Part shown: positions 27,791 through 41,300 of the stretch, piece after piece
How the letters are laid out: every line of letters starts with the position of its first letter
Numbering within the stretch: the stretch's first letter is position 1
NCBI GenBank assembly: GCA_028534125.1
Contig: CM052817.1
Coordinates: forward strand, 28,894,001-28,958,000
Reading direction: 5' to 3'
DNA: 64,000 nt
DNA from: Lama glama
Lineage: Eukaryota
Position numbers and translations under genes: made by a program
Notes under the pieces: generated by a model
What the model was told of the DNA's origin: nothing
What the model saw: the letters and a program-made list of their open reading frames with translations, nothing else
Database searches by the model: none

Positions 27791-28129
27791 CAGTCGTCAG
27801 AAACAGGGCAAAAAAAAAAAAAAAATCAGAAAGGGCCAGTGGTGGAACTGTTGAAATTTCTTCTGTGGCAATAACATGTGAACTGTAATACTATCTATTC
27901 ATAGACCTTTCTGGCCAATTCGAACTTACAACAGAGGTTTTGACATTTTCTTGTTTTGGATTCTTATGGTTAAACAAGGGATCAAACTGAGATTAGCAGG
28001 CAAGGAGGAAGCTGAGAAAGGATGGGTGAGGGCATTCTTAGCAGCTTTTACAGAAGATTAGGGCAGTGGGTAAGGGAATAGAGAAAAGAAGAAAGAAGAA
28101 AAGCAGGTCTTCCTGAACAACTGAAAGTG

Positions 28130-28330
28130 GATTACAGTGGACAAGGCACAGGCTTTGGACTTAGACATGCCTTTGTCAGAATTCCAGCTCCCCAATTACT
28201 AGTGTGTTACCTTGGGCAAATCATACTTAACTTCTTTGAGCCTCAGCCTCCTCATCTGTAAAATAATAATAACAAATGCTCTGTACCTCCTCAGGTAAAT
28301 TACGATAATACACAAGGGAAAAATGACCAA
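28130..28330 (+). mobile_element. MIR SINE
   Basis: ttactagtgtgttaccttgggcaaatcatacttaacttctttgagcctcagcctcctcatctgtaaaat. Confidence 0.85.
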
Positions 28331-28519
28331 AAAAGAGTAGCTATCATTACTATAATTTTTAAATGTACACATTACCAGTGTGTTCACCTGACAACCACCG
28401 TGCATATACCCAAGGGTGGCTGTGTTTAATAAAAACTCAAATTATTTTATTATTCTTATTCTCAAACATTCTAACATACTACATCCAAATAAATTTAACC
28501 AATCCAAAAGAATTGAGTC

Positions 28520-29230
28520 ATAAATTCGGGAAAATGGTGGCAGCAGGGGAAACCTAATTTTGAATCTTCTGAATCTCCATGTAAAAACAGAGAGCGTCAT
28601 TCTATTGCAAAATTAAGAACCTATGGACAACATTTACCAATTAGGTGAAAAGATATCCTGCAAAGTCTCAAAGTAAAAGTGAGTGGTTTCAAACCACCAA
28701 CAGTCATAAGACCTGCTTGGTATCATCACTTTGTAAAAAGAAACAGAGGGAATCAACAAAGCTACTGAAGACCTGAGAACAAAAGAATCCCGAATTAGAC
28801 ACTAGGTAGTCACTGAAAAGCGCCACTGGCCAGTTTAAGAACCGCAATTGAACGGCAGAGGTTTCGCCCACTCCAACGGTAAGGACTGAAGGAGCGGAAC
28901 AATTTAATGCCTGTAACTTCTAAAAAGGACCTTCCAAGCTGCCTTCCTGAACAGGACTCCATATCAAGGAAAAACTACTGACAAATACAGAGGAAGGAAG
29001 AAATTAAAAAGCCCAGAAGAGAACCAAGCCAGGAAATCTCAGAAAGTAAGAAACCATATTAGCTTAATGCTACAAAAACAACAGACTATGGGAAAATCTA
29101 CCGAATTACCCAGGTTCTTTAACAGATAAATTGTAAGAGAGAAAAAAGAGAGAGAGAGGAGGAGGAGGAATGGCAACTTTTGGGTATTACATGGGGATAT
29201 AGAGAATTGAAAAAACTTCACTCCCAACTT
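28520..29230 (+). mobile_element. Old L1-related fragments (subfamily uncertain)
   Basis: ttcgggaaaatggtggc start resembles old L1/HAL1 5' ends; ctatgggaaaatctac...ttctttaacagataaattgtaag resembles an L1MC-type UTR. Confidence 0.4.
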
Positions 29231-29248
29231 TAAACAAAACACGATGGA

Positions 29249-29613
29249 TGTCTTAGCTCATCTGGGCTGCAGTAACAGAACACCACAGACTGAGTGGCTT
29301 ATAACCAACAGAAATCTATTTCTCGCAGTTCCGGAGGTTGGGAAGTCCAAGATCAAGGCACTGACAGATTCAGTGTCTGGTGAGGACCTGCTTTCTGGTT
29401 CATAAATGGCCATCTTTTCACTGTGTCCTTGCACGACAGAAGGGGTGAGTAAGCTCCCCGGGTCTCGTTTATAAAGGCACCAGTCCCATTCAGGAGTGCT
29501 CCCACTTCATGACCTTATCACTTCTCAAAGGCCTCACCTCCAAATGCCATTACGTTGGGCATGAGGATTTAACACATAAATTTTGAGGGGACACAAATAT
29601 TCAGTCCAGAGCA
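29249..29613 (-). mobile_element. MLT1A-like solo LTR, complete
   Basis: TGTCTTAG...TTCAGTCCAGAGCA with flanks ATGGA (29244-29248) and ATGAA (29614-29618). Confidence 0.9.
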
Positions 29614-29759
29614 ATGAATAAACAGCAAGTTGACAGCTTGAACTTAACTGGCAACCAAAGGGCCCAAAATGTAAGGCAAGTCAGGTGCCTGCAAGAAGAG
29701 ATGAGGTGAACAGTGGTTTAATTGGCGAGGATTCATCTGGACACTGATAGGAAAAAAAT

Positions 29760-29950
29760 CAAGGGCTGGCAAATTTTTCTTTCATAGGGTCAGAGAGTAA
29801 ATATTTTCAGCTTTGGAGGCCATAGACTGGGTCACAACTACTCAGCTATGTCAAAAACAGACACAGCTAATAGGGAGATGAATGAGCATGATGTGTCCCA
29901 ATAGAAGGTTATTTACAAAAAATTCACAGTGGCCATGGTCGGTCCCCCTA
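29760..29950 (+). mobile_element. MER58A-like hAT-Charlie MITE
   Basis: caagggctggcaaatttttc...agtaaatattttcagcttt...cacaactactcagct...ttatttacaaaaa. Confidence 0.8.
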
Positions 29951-31569
29951 AACGGGATGTGCATTCCATTGATGGGGACTGAGGATGCCCTGGCAAAGGA
30001 GCTGCAAATACAGAGAGAGGTCACATCCTCTCCAAGGTTTCTCCCCTAGGCATTCAGAGAAAAGATCAGGAAAATCCTGAGAAAGTCTCTCTCGTGAAAT
30101 AAAATAATTCCTAACACTTCAGGTAATATTATTAAAAAGTAATAAGGAAAAATTATAAGACTGTCAGGAAGCTAATTTTTAAAAGTCAGAAAATGAAGGC
30201 TGTAAAGAAACTACAATTAAATAGTTTAAAATAGAGTATGGTTAGTGGTCTTCAATCCATAGGATGACTCTCGTCCAGAGGCAAATATAAGCTGCTTTTT
30301 AGGAAGCAGAGGGGAATAATAAGCAGTGAATTTCCAACAGAAAGGCAAGGGACTTGTAGAATTCCTTCCTGAAGGTGCATTTAAAATTGTTTTCTCTTTT
30401 ATTTCTTTGTCATTTTATTGTTTTGTTAATTCAGACAACTGATGTAGCATAAGTAAGTTTTCCTGAAAGCAAATGTTTTTTTCATACCCTCTGGTTTTGT
30501 AATATTTACTAAGTATGACATATAGTATATATTTCCTTCCAAGGAGTGAAACACATTTCTCAAGATTAGACTTTGGAGAGCACCTATCCAAACAGATTCA
30601 CAGAAGTTCAATCACAGCATATGCATGATGGGGGTATTAAATGACTCCCTATCCATTACCTACCATTTGGAATAGATAAAACCCTTGGAAATTATGGGGG
30701 AAAAAACATGCAGCATCTGTTTCAGATGTTTCAATATTTGATGTAGCTACTATTGGGAGAAAGCCCAGAATTCTTACAATATGAGGAAAAAAGTCACAAT
30801 GGCTTGTTCGTCATAATGTTTATAGCTTCCAATTTTAACTACGGATCTCCTTTTTTTCTTTATATAAATTATTCTGTGCTTAACAGCAGTTACATAATCT
30901 GAGCTTGGGCATTAATTAACTATTCCTAAAATATGTGCCATTCATTCTTATTTTTGTTACTTAGCAATATCTTTCTAAATGTCTACGCTTAATGCAATAT
31001 ACTGTGTTCTTTACATATAAAATAGAAATCTCAAAAACTTGACATTCTTATCTTTAACTTAGAATGTTAGCCCTCCTTAGTTTTTCTACCTACTTCTTAG
31101 CTATGTCGTTGCTAATCAAACCCCTTCAAGAAAACAAAACCAAGTACTGAAGTCTATTAAACTTTGCTATTAGAAAGAAGGTCTTATAATTTAGGAATTA
31201 AGGTGCTTGTAATATGAGGTAATTTTCTTCATTATCAATTATTGGAGTGAATACCTTTTAGATACATTCATTACTGTGATTTTCAATCTGGGTACGTAGG
31301 AGGGAAGGAAAGAGGCAGGACCAATCCCATAGCCCAAGAAAGAACATATATCCCAATACTTTGGAGAGTAGATACAGTGTCAAGAGGCTCCCTCCAAATT
31401 CTGTGTTAATTTTAAAATGACAACCATGTGGCATTTGAAGTAGACCTAATCATTTTATTAATATATTAAAATTTTAAAAAGTAAAACAGAATACAAACCT
31501 GGAAGCTTAGAACCATGTTACCACTGATAGAAATGGTAGAACTTGCAGAAGAAAGTGTTTTAAGGACAC

Positions 31570-31800
31570 AGCAGAATGAGATGGAAGGAACAGGGTCTGG
31601 AGATGGGTCTGGCTAGGTTTCATCCTAACTGTGTCATCTATAAGGTGTCTGACCCTGTGTACGTAGCTTAATCACCCTGAGCCTCAATCCACAGGGAAGT
31701 AGAATGAGAACAACAATGTTCTCTTCAGGGCTCTTAGGAGGAAAGAAATGAAATAATGGCCCCTGAAGTCCCTGGAACTGGATTTATACCCAGCAAATGG
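31570..31800 (+). mobile_element. MIR SINE
   Basis: gggtctggagatggg...gcttaatcaccctgagcctcaat...aaatgaaataatgg. Confidence 0.55.
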
Positions 31801-31950
31801 TCCTTTCCATCCTCCCAGCCCAAAGGCAGTATCGATGGCTGTTGCTGCCATGGTTTCTGACTAGGAAAGGGGCTGACCACAACTCTATTTTTACCAACCA
31901 TAACTTTGACTGTTTCAGCTTCCAGGGTAGATTTTAAAACTGATCTAAGT

Positions 31951-32152
31951 CAGTGGTTCTCAACTACGGCAACTTCCCCCCACCCCTCCGCCTGAGGACA
32001 TTTGGAAATATCTGGGGACTTTTTTAGCTATCACAACTGGAAGTACGACATGCTAGTGGCACCTATTAGATAGAGGCCAGGAATGGTATTAAACAGCCTG
32101 CACAAGAATTATTGGAGCAAGACGTCAGAAATCCTGAAGTTGGGAAACCCTG
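31951..32152 (+). mobile_element. MER20 hAT MITE
   Basis: CAGTGGTTCTCAAC...ggacatttggaaatatctgggga...tagaggccagg...GTTGGGAAACCCTG terminal inverted repeats. Confidence 0.88.
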
Positions 32153-33347
32153 ACCTGAATTAGTGAAGTGAGCACACTGATATTGTTCCTTCAGTGAATA
32201 CCCATTACACAGAACAGGTTCATGCTTTTCCACTCTTGGGCAATTTTTGAAGTAAGCAATCACAATATTCTGAACATAAAATATCCCATTAATAAAACAG
32301 CTATGCTGTTAATTATTTTGTGAATTGTCAAGACATCAGTGAAAAAAGAGCTTCTCTGCAGTTCATTAACTGACACAGCTGTGATTCCAGAGAATGTCTA
32401 CAAGTCAGTCTGCTTAACAAAAAACAAAGTGGCCCAATTCCTCTGTTAATTGAAGCTGGAAAAAGTTCTTGAGAATGGTTCACAAGAGACAACGAACTCC
32501 ATCTCCGTTTAGAGGCAAAGTAAGAATTCTAAAGACAAATGGAGGGTAGAAAGTTAGCAGGGGGAAAAAGTAAGTAATAAATGTACCATGAGATTATTAT
32601 TTACTTGAATCAACAATGATGGAGAAATTATAAGCTTTTTCTATCCCACTGAGCTATGAATAGAAGGTGCGCTGCTTAAAGCATAAAAAGAAGAGCACTG
32701 TAATCAGCAGATCCGCATACCTCCTATATATTCTGAAGTTCTTTCCTAAAGAAAAGTTTAATTTCTTCCATAGGTATCTAATGAGACTTCTGACAATCCT
32801 TACGGCTTGATTTAACAGCAGAATTCATTCAGAGAGAGCTTACACAATCTCAGGTGCTGATGCAAGTATCTAAATGATATCATAATTTCATCCTGAACTG
32901 CACCCTAACAAAGCAGCACTGAGTAGTTTCCGCAGGCTTCTCTAACACTACCCAACTTTAAACCAGCTAAATGGCTTCAAGTTTGACTGTATGCAATACT
33001 TCAGATCCAGGAAAATGCTATTAACCAGTTAGGGTTGGCCAATCTTTTCTAAAGATGTTTCTGTGGCCTTAGGAGACTCTCCTGGGGCTCCCACCAACTT
33101 GCTCAGCCCTTCCCCTGGTCACCCACCCACCTGGCCATTTGCCTGTATCTGTCTATACACATAGTACAAGCTCCTAGAGTCTTACCTATCTGTCCTCACT
33201 CCCAGCCCAGCAGTCAGGGTTCTTTTCACTAAATAATCCTGCTTTTCTACATAATTCAATAGACTCCCACACATACACACAATATAAACAGCCATTCTCT
33301 CTTCTCTGTCAGTCAATTTTGCCCCTACACTAACAGGCAAAAAAAAA

Positions 33348-33384
33348 ATATATATATATATATATGTATGTATATATATATATA
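33348..33384. repeat. Interrupted (TA)n microsatellite
   Basis: atatatatatatatatatgtatgtatatatatatata. Confidence 0.85.
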
Positions 33385-33726
33385 ACAGAATGGGAAATTT
33401 GGAACAGAAAAAAAGTTTACAAAAAGTTAGAGACTCAAATCCTGTTCGGGAAATACCAGTTGAAAGCAATCCGGTTTGATATAATTGTGCGAGGTTGTTC
33501 CTCTATAATTCAGGTTTGTCCACCAAAAATAAGCTTAGTAGTTGCATCAAACTTTAGCCTCGAAAAGCAAAACACATAGTTACATGATTTAAAGCACTCC
33601 AAAAAGTCAACTCAAAAGTTAACCTATGGAAATGATACATAGTTCTGCTAACTTAACCACAGAGAACATCTACCAGAAACACTTGTTATAATATTAAGAA
33701 ACATTTCATGGTTACATAATTTCCAT

Positions 33727-34117
33727 GGTTATAGACTGAAGTGTATCCTCCCAAAACTCGTATGATGAAGGCCTCAGCCCCAGTACCTCAGAATGTGACT
33801 ATACTTGGGGATAAGGTTTTTCAAAGAGGTCATTTTGAAGAGGTAATTACAGTTTAATAAAATAAGTAAGGTGGGCCCTAATCTGATACAGCTGGTGTCC
33901 TTACTAAAAGAGGATATTAGGACACAGACATACCAGTGGGAAAACCATGTGAAGAAACTAGATGAAGCTGTCAACAAGCAAGGAGAGAGGCCGTGGGAGA
34001 AACCAACCCTGCCTACACCGTGACCTCAGACGTCTAGCCTCCAGAACTGAAAACAAACTTCTGTTGCTCAAGTCACCTGGTCTGTGGTTCGTTGTTATGG
34101 CAGCCTTAGGAAATACA
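33727..34117 (+). mobile_element. MLT1B-like solo LTR
   Basis: cagtacctcagaatgtgact...gggtgggccctaatctgat...tagcctccagaactg...gttatggcagcc. Confidence 0.87.
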
Positions 34118-34859
34118 CCCGGGGAGCCTCAACATTCTGATTTTCGAATAATGTTTGAAAAAGAAGAAAAGCTCCCGCTTCTTATCGATTATTTCCACAA
34201 TTAAATGTAATTCACTAATTTTGATCTATTTGCATCTGAAAGAACAAAAGGAAACAGAGCAGACACTGCAGTCAGCCAGTCTTCCACGCCTCCACACAGT
34301 AAGTATCCCCGTGCCTGACATTAATTCTGACAAATCAGCTAGTTTTGCATTTATAAATAGGAGAGGTTTCACTTTGGCTTAAAAACAAAAAGTTTTTATC
34401 GATGAAAGTGTAGGTAAGACACACTGAGCAGATTAGTATGTCTTTTTCACCACTTAAGCCTCAGCACCTCGAACTATTCTGGACACTGTCATAGTTCAAT
34501 CAATAGTTATTGAATGCTGAAAGAATTAATGCTCCTCCTCATTCCTGAGAAGGTGGCAAACTAGCCCAGGCTACTGATGCTTCCCCCAAAATTCACCCTT
34601 AGGACAAAAAACACAGGAAACCATAGATTCTCATAGTTTCTCTAAACTATGAGAAAATTCTTGTGGGATTATAACACCATGTGGCAGGGCGTGGCTAGGC
34701 ACAGAATCAGAAAATAATTTGGGGAGGGATCCTGCTCTTGTCTCTCCTAAGTATTGTTTAAAGAGAATTATTGTCTGTCCCACACCATTTTCCAGAAAGA
34801 AGCCAGTATTAACAGCATCTATATCAAAAATATCTGACTCAAAGCTATAAAAACCAGCA

Positions 34860-36810
34860 ACCACTAAAAAAGAGGAACTGAAAAAAATGTGTCTAGAACC
34901 AAGTCAAATACTACTAAATGACATATCCTAAAACAGAAAAGAGAAATGAAATAGTACAAACTGAATAATGCCTATCAACATGTCTATGACACTTATAAAG
35001 TATCATTTAAGTGGAAATTTAAGTACACTCATCAAGAATGAAAAAGGGCTGGAAAAAAATAAGCCAAGCCTTGAACTTGGAAAGTGGGAAAAAGAACAAC
35101 ATGGCAAACCGAGAGAAAGCAGGAGAAAGAAAATAATAAAGACACTGACAAAAATCAATACACAGGGAACAAACCCACCAAAAATGAGGGAAAACAAAAA
35201 AGTAAAAGCTTTTAGGAGATTAATAGATAAACAGACTCTGGCAGTTAGTTTTGGAGAAAAGGAGGGAGAAAGAGGAGAGAGAAGCTAAATAAAAAACAGA
35301 AGTGAGGAAGAAATAACTGTAAACACAAAAGGATATTAAAATGATAAAAGAATATTATAAGCACCCATATGGTACTAAACATGCAACCATAGGCAAAACA
35401 TATATTTCTGGAAAAATACAACATATGAAATTAGTATAAAAGGAAATATTAAAAATTGAATACAGTAATAAGTATTAAAGAAATTAAAACGGCAAAGTCC
35501 CTTCCTCTGTAAACTTCTTTGGCCTTGCTGATTTTCAGGTGCATTCTTCCAAACATCAAGGAACAGATAATTCTTACCTTTCAAGGAAAAGCAGAGAGAG
35601 GGAACGGTGTCCAATTTAGCAGGCTACTGTAATCTTTATTCTAAATTAGATAAAGACAGTACAAAAAGAAAAGCACAGGCTTGTTCAGTTACAAATGTAT
35701 GCAAATTCCAAAATAAATATTAGCCAAATGAAAGGTGTATTATAATAAAATTTAATATGATCAAGTAGGATTTATCCCAGAACTGGGAGAATATTTTAGT
35801 ATAAAAAGATGCAGCAATATAATTTACCATATCAATAAGTAAATATATAATAAAGAAAACACATAATTATTTCAAGAGATGTAGGTAAATGGATTACATA
35901 AAACCTGAAATGTATTTATGATCAAAAAAAAACCCTACTCCTAGAAAACTAGGAATAGAAGGAAATAGCCTAAAATTGACGATGGTTATGAACTTCATAC
36001 CTAAAGCAAACATGCTTAAACACTACATTTAAAGGAAAAATTTTAGACACATTTCTTTTACAATTAAGATAGGCATTCATACCAACCTGTCTATTGAATT
36101 TCAGGGGACTTAAGGAAATGCAAGAGGTCCAAGAAACTGCAAAATTACATTTGCTTTGGATAGTATTATAAATCCTGGCAAGTGGTATAAAAAAAAGACA
36201 GAGATATAAAAGTACAAAGATTGGAAGGGAAGGCATAAAACTGTTCTCTAGATAATATGATGGTCTATAAGAGAAAAAAAATGATACCATTAGACAAACT
36301 ACTAAAACGAAAAAAAAGTTTTATCAAATACAAATGCAAGATCAATTTATAAAAATCATAAACACTTCTCTACACTAGACATAATCAAATAACCAGCTGC
36401 AGAATATAATGAGAAATAAAATATCCTTCATAATAGAAATAATCAAGAAAACCTACAAAATAGGAATCAATTTAAGGAAGAATACATAAAACCACAGTAA
36501 TAAAAATAGTGTAGTATGAACAAAATTAAACAAATGGAACAAAACAGAGAGACTCAGAGACTGAAGCATATAGTATAAATCATTACACAAGAAAGGGAAT
36601 TTCATAAATCAAGGTGACAAGTAATGCGGTAGCATAAATGAAGGGAAAAGGATAAAGTTCTTTGTAGTAATAAGAGATAAATTTCTGTGTAGTAGACGAA
36701 AATGAATAAAACTATATTCCTACTTTTAAATATCACATACAAAAGAGTACTCCAGATGGTCAAAAGACCTTAATATAAAAAGTAAAACTATGAATTTAAT
36801 AAAAGAAATG
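34860..36810 (+). mobile_element. Very old degenerate LINE-1 ORF2 (L1M/L1ME-like)
   Basis: A-rich strand with ORF2 remnants: gatcaagtaggatttatcccag, aaactaggaatagaaggaaa, ttggaagggaaggcataaaactgtt, ccacagtaataaaaatagtgtagta. Confidence 0.75.
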
Positions 36811-37249
36811 TTTTTGCAATGTTTCCTTTGTCATTTTTGACATCCTGTCATAATAGTGGAAGCCTGATTGTTACTTTGAATAGTAAAATCGGCCAGAATT
36901 AGGCTGGGTAATAACAGAATCATAAGTCAGAGGCAGATCAGAGCACATGAAACATAATGGAAATTAGCTTGTGCCGACAAGTTAAAAGAAGCTCATTCCA
37001 ACATAGCATTTTAAAACATAAATGTGAAATTTGATAAAAAATAACAACTTTAAAAGTTTGCTTATAAGCATAATCTGTTTGAATTTGAAATAAATTATAA
37101 ACAGAGAATTTTCCTGTGCTTATGCACAGCAAAGGGTAAGTACCCTCAGGCTTAGGTTACTATCAGTGTAGTTTCGTTTGGGATAAGAAGTGATGACCTC
37201 TATTGAAAATAATTTGATTTTGACCACCAAATGTGTTAAGGGGAAAGAA

Positions 37250-37385
37250 CAGTGGCCTGGAATTTGGGGCCTAGGTTTGAGTTCCACCTTTTGCTCTAGC
37301 CAGAATTTTGACCGTGCCAAAGTCACTTACATTCTCTGGGTTTCAGTTTCCTCATCCATGAGTGAGGAAGTTAGCCAAAATATCA
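37250..37385 (+). mobile_element. MIR fragment
   Basis: aagtcacttacattctctgggtttcagtttcctcatc. Confidence 0.7.
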
Positions 37386-37389
37386 GTTA

Positions 37390-37562
37390 GTGCTAGTGAT
37401 ATTTTCTTGGATTCTAGACCCCCTTGAGAATCTCATGAATACCAGGAACCTTCTTCTCTCCTAAAAATCCTCCGATGATTGTGCACAGAAAATTGTGAAT
37501 CAAATGTCAGAGCATTCACAGATCTGCCAGAGGTCCCTGCACCTTAGGTTAAATACTTCTAA
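37390..37562. mobile_element. hAT-Charlie MITE (Charlie4z-like)
   Basis: gacccccttgagaatctcatgaa...cacagaaaattgtg...attcacaga...aggttaaatacttct. Confidence 0.5.
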
Positions 37563-39379
37563 ACTAGCAAATACCTGCAATTCCTTCCAATTCTAAAAGA
37601 CAAACAAGTACAGAAATGGGTCATGGTTTCTGGTTTCTATATCAGAATGCTTAAAACGGCCATTTACTGAAAGGGACAACACTGGAATTAACATAGGTGT
37701 TCGTAGGAGTGAAAGAAGAGGGAGATTATGAGTTTTAAACTTGTTAACTACTTGGACATAGTAAATCAGACATGTCACTCACATACTCTCATAGAAATGG
37801 TGAACAGAAGCTGGGATATCAGTAGTCATGGTACTCAGAGGAGAAGTCTATGTTAGGGACTCCACCTCCTCACTTCCCTTGGACTCAAAAAGCAGTCCAC
37901 AAGCCCTAATGATTGTTTCCTCACAATGTTTTTCATACATTCCTTTCTTTTCCAAACCAATTATCATCAGCTCAGTTCAAGCCAGGGCCATCTCATGCAT
38001 GGACTCTGACAATCACCTCACAAAGGGCTTTTTTTGCTATAATTTACTCCCTTCCTCTTTTCTTTTGCCTCAGTATCTTTAATGTCTGTCATTATTTTCA
38101 GGATGAAGATCTCCTTTGTTGTTTACAAAAACACCACCTATATTGTAAGCTCTCTGAAAGTTAAGGACAATATTCATGATATACACATATATACATTTTA
38201 ATATCCCTCTTTAGGCTCTTTAAAGAGTCCAGGTTATAATAATTACTCAAGAAACATTTATGAATTTGACACAGTCATCTGGCTCTGATAATACTGGGCA
38301 TACCACCAGCTTTGTCAAAATGCAATAACAACAAAAAAAAATTCCTTAGTTCAAGTCTTCTAGGAAGCATTCTGGCCTACTGTACTCAATCCTTATCAGG
38401 ATAGCTTTTGACAGACATACTCCTAGGTAACTAGGAATCTATGGCAGATTTCAGCCATTTCTCCAAGGTGGCCTTCGGGATTTTCTGAACACAGCTGGAT
38501 TCATGACCTCAGACTTTTTTTCAGACTGATGCTCCCTCTTTATCACCACACTGATTCTACAGAGTGATCTGTAAATTTTTTTTCCATGATACTTGGACAA
38601 TTTAGGTCTTGATCAAAAAAGTAAGTAGAAGCTGAGAGCCTGAACATCTGTAGTTTCTAGGGGATGGGCCACCCGAGGCAAAATTATGATGTACATGGAA
38701 TTTATTTTTCACAAAGTTCTGCTTTTACTCCAGGTTGCTCTCAGATATCTTTCCCTCTATACCTTATTCCAGTATAAAAGGGCTTTAATGTTCTTTTCCT
38801 TCTATCTTTATTAAACCACTCCCTTTAAGACAGTATCCTTTCAATCTCTGTATCTATAATCCAGCATTTAGAAATATATCATTTATTAGCTACCAATTTT
38901 TAAATAATTGTAATTTATTTTTAATTATAAAAGATATATAAGCTAAAATTAAAATATTTACAAAAAGATAAATTATTTAAAATCCTACAGTCTACAAATA
39001 ATTAAGTGCATTTCCTTCCAGACTTTTAAATGCATGGAACATAGACTTGCATCTTTTTAAATATAATTATCAGCATTCTATGCATGCAGATTTCTGTCCC
39101 ATTTTTTAACTTAGTATTTTAGCAAGCCCATAATTTTTCTCAGTATCCACTTGTTTATAATTAGAGAAGTTCTTGAACATTAATCTGCTTAAAGACTATA
39201 CTCAGGCACCATCCCCCAGACATCCTAATTCAGTATAAAACAAATACAGAATTTTAACCAACATCCTAGTTCTAACCAACTGTGAGTCCCTTGGACTATC
39301 ATAGCTTTATTGATTTCTTTACCCATCCTGGAGACAGAAACTAGTAGCATCAATGAGTACATTAATCAGCATCCTTAAC

Positions 39380-41030
39380 TAGTTCATCTCTGTTCTTCAC
39401 AGCACCCGCACCAAGACTCTGCAAGCCTGGATGAACCTCATTATCTACCCTTTCTACTTCTGCATCCACTCCAGAGACTATCTCCCCATCACACAATTTG
39501 TTACCATTACAAATTTATAATTTTCTTTAATTATCTCTAAAATCACTAATGAGTTCCTAATTGGTAAAACTAATTGATGTTTTCAGTCTTAATCGACGGT
39601 CAACTCTCTGAAGCATTTATACTATTCTGCTTAAAACTCACTTCTTTGTGCTTAAAATGTCTCTTTTTTCCCATAGATTCCACAACCACTTCTCTCTTCT
39701 GATACTTCTAATGTCTGACAGGTCTTTCTCAGTACTGTTCATCACCTTCTCTTTAACTACCTATTCCTTCAACAGCCTCAGCACAGTTCTCTTTCTCTCC
39801 AAATTTACTGATCACCCATTTAATCTCCAGTCCCTGCATTTGAGGTAGAATCACCTGAAAATTACACAGGCACCTCAAATTTAACAGGTCTAAAGCTGAC
39901 CTTATCATCTGCTCCTTAGGGATGGGTACAGGATCTCACTCCTCCAGTATCTCAGTTAAGATAATCACCAACTGGACTCATCCTCCATATTTTTCTCCCT
40001 ATTCCTTACATCCAATAGGTCAAAACGCTTGAACTAAGACACAGGATCAGATGATCACACTGGATGCCCATGAAACAGAGATCAGAGTATCAAGTTTCAC
40101 TAATAATTAAAAGAAGAAAGGCATAGATGAAACAAAGAGTGGTCTGGGACATCCCACGTGGCTCCTTGACTCCTTCCTTCCCACATAGGGCATTCACTCT
40201 CTGGCCTAGAATGATCAATGAGGAATTCAAGGGAAGTTTTATGGGGCTCCCCACACAGAAAAAGACATACTAAGTTGTAAAACTTCTGCATCTTATATGC
40301 CCAGAGAAATGAATAGCTCATATGGTATCCTCCAGGGATCCACACCTTATAGATTCTGTAATTACTGACTATAAGTCATCCTTTAGCCAAGATCATTTGG
40401 TAAAGATGTTCTCTAGATAAGATCTCTTCTTCCTAGAAAAATATCATTCTTCTATGTACTTGGAGAGCCGGTTGACAAGGAGATTAGAGCAAGTCACCTG
40501 CCTTCTTTTCTTTCTTCCAAAACATTCTCGTGGTGAAGGAAATGAATGACTCAACAGCCAGCTGCCAGATGCTTTAGTTCTTTCCTCCCAGAGTTCAATT
40601 GACTGTACCACCTACACAGCACTAGAATACACCCCTTACTCCCTGTCTCCACCAGAGCACATCTGCTCACCTCTAGCCTGAACCTTGCCCGTAACCACCA
40701 GCTAATCAAGTAACTTCAGTTTCCCCAATTCCATGTCTCACTCTGCTGCCATAGTTGCTTCTTGAAAATGCATATGTAATCATGTCCTTTACTGATTTAA
40801 AATCCTTTGGCCGATATAAGATATACCGCACCATCTTTCCACTGCCAGCGTTTCCAGATTTTTCCCCCAACACCTTCCCTGAGATCCAGCCAGACCAACC
40901 TATTCTCTAATACTCCCAAGTTCTCACACAGACACCCACTGTTCAGCCCATCATTTGCAATGTCACCTTCTCTCTGATGCCTTCCCTGAACCTGCCATTC
41001 AGTTCAGGCAATAACCACCTCCTCCTTACT
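39380..41030 (+). mobile_element. Fragmented LINE-2
   Basis: ctctctgaagcattt; acaggcacctcaaatttaacaggtctaaagctgaccttatcatc; aatgtcaccttctctctgatgccttccctga. Confidence 0.6.
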
Positions 41031-41069
41031 GCCATTGTTCTTTATAAATAATAAGTAAAATCGTTCACT

Positions 41070-41300
41070 TTAGAAAATCTTAACTTTGAATAAGATGCTG
41101 TGCCAAACGTTTTATATGCATTATACCATTTAATCCTCAGAGAACCCTCTGAAATATGTACTATTATTCTGATAACTTCACAGAAGAGGAAACAATGTTT
41201 GGGGACAATAAGTGACTTGCCCAAAGTCACACAGTTATTAATTTAAAAAGTTAGGATATGTCTGTAGCACTGGTTGACGTCAGAGACCTCCTCCTTAAAC
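41070..41300 (-). mobile_element. MIR SINE
   Basis: catttaatcctcagagaaccct...cagaagaggaaac...aagtgacttgcccaaagtcacacag. Confidence 0.85.
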
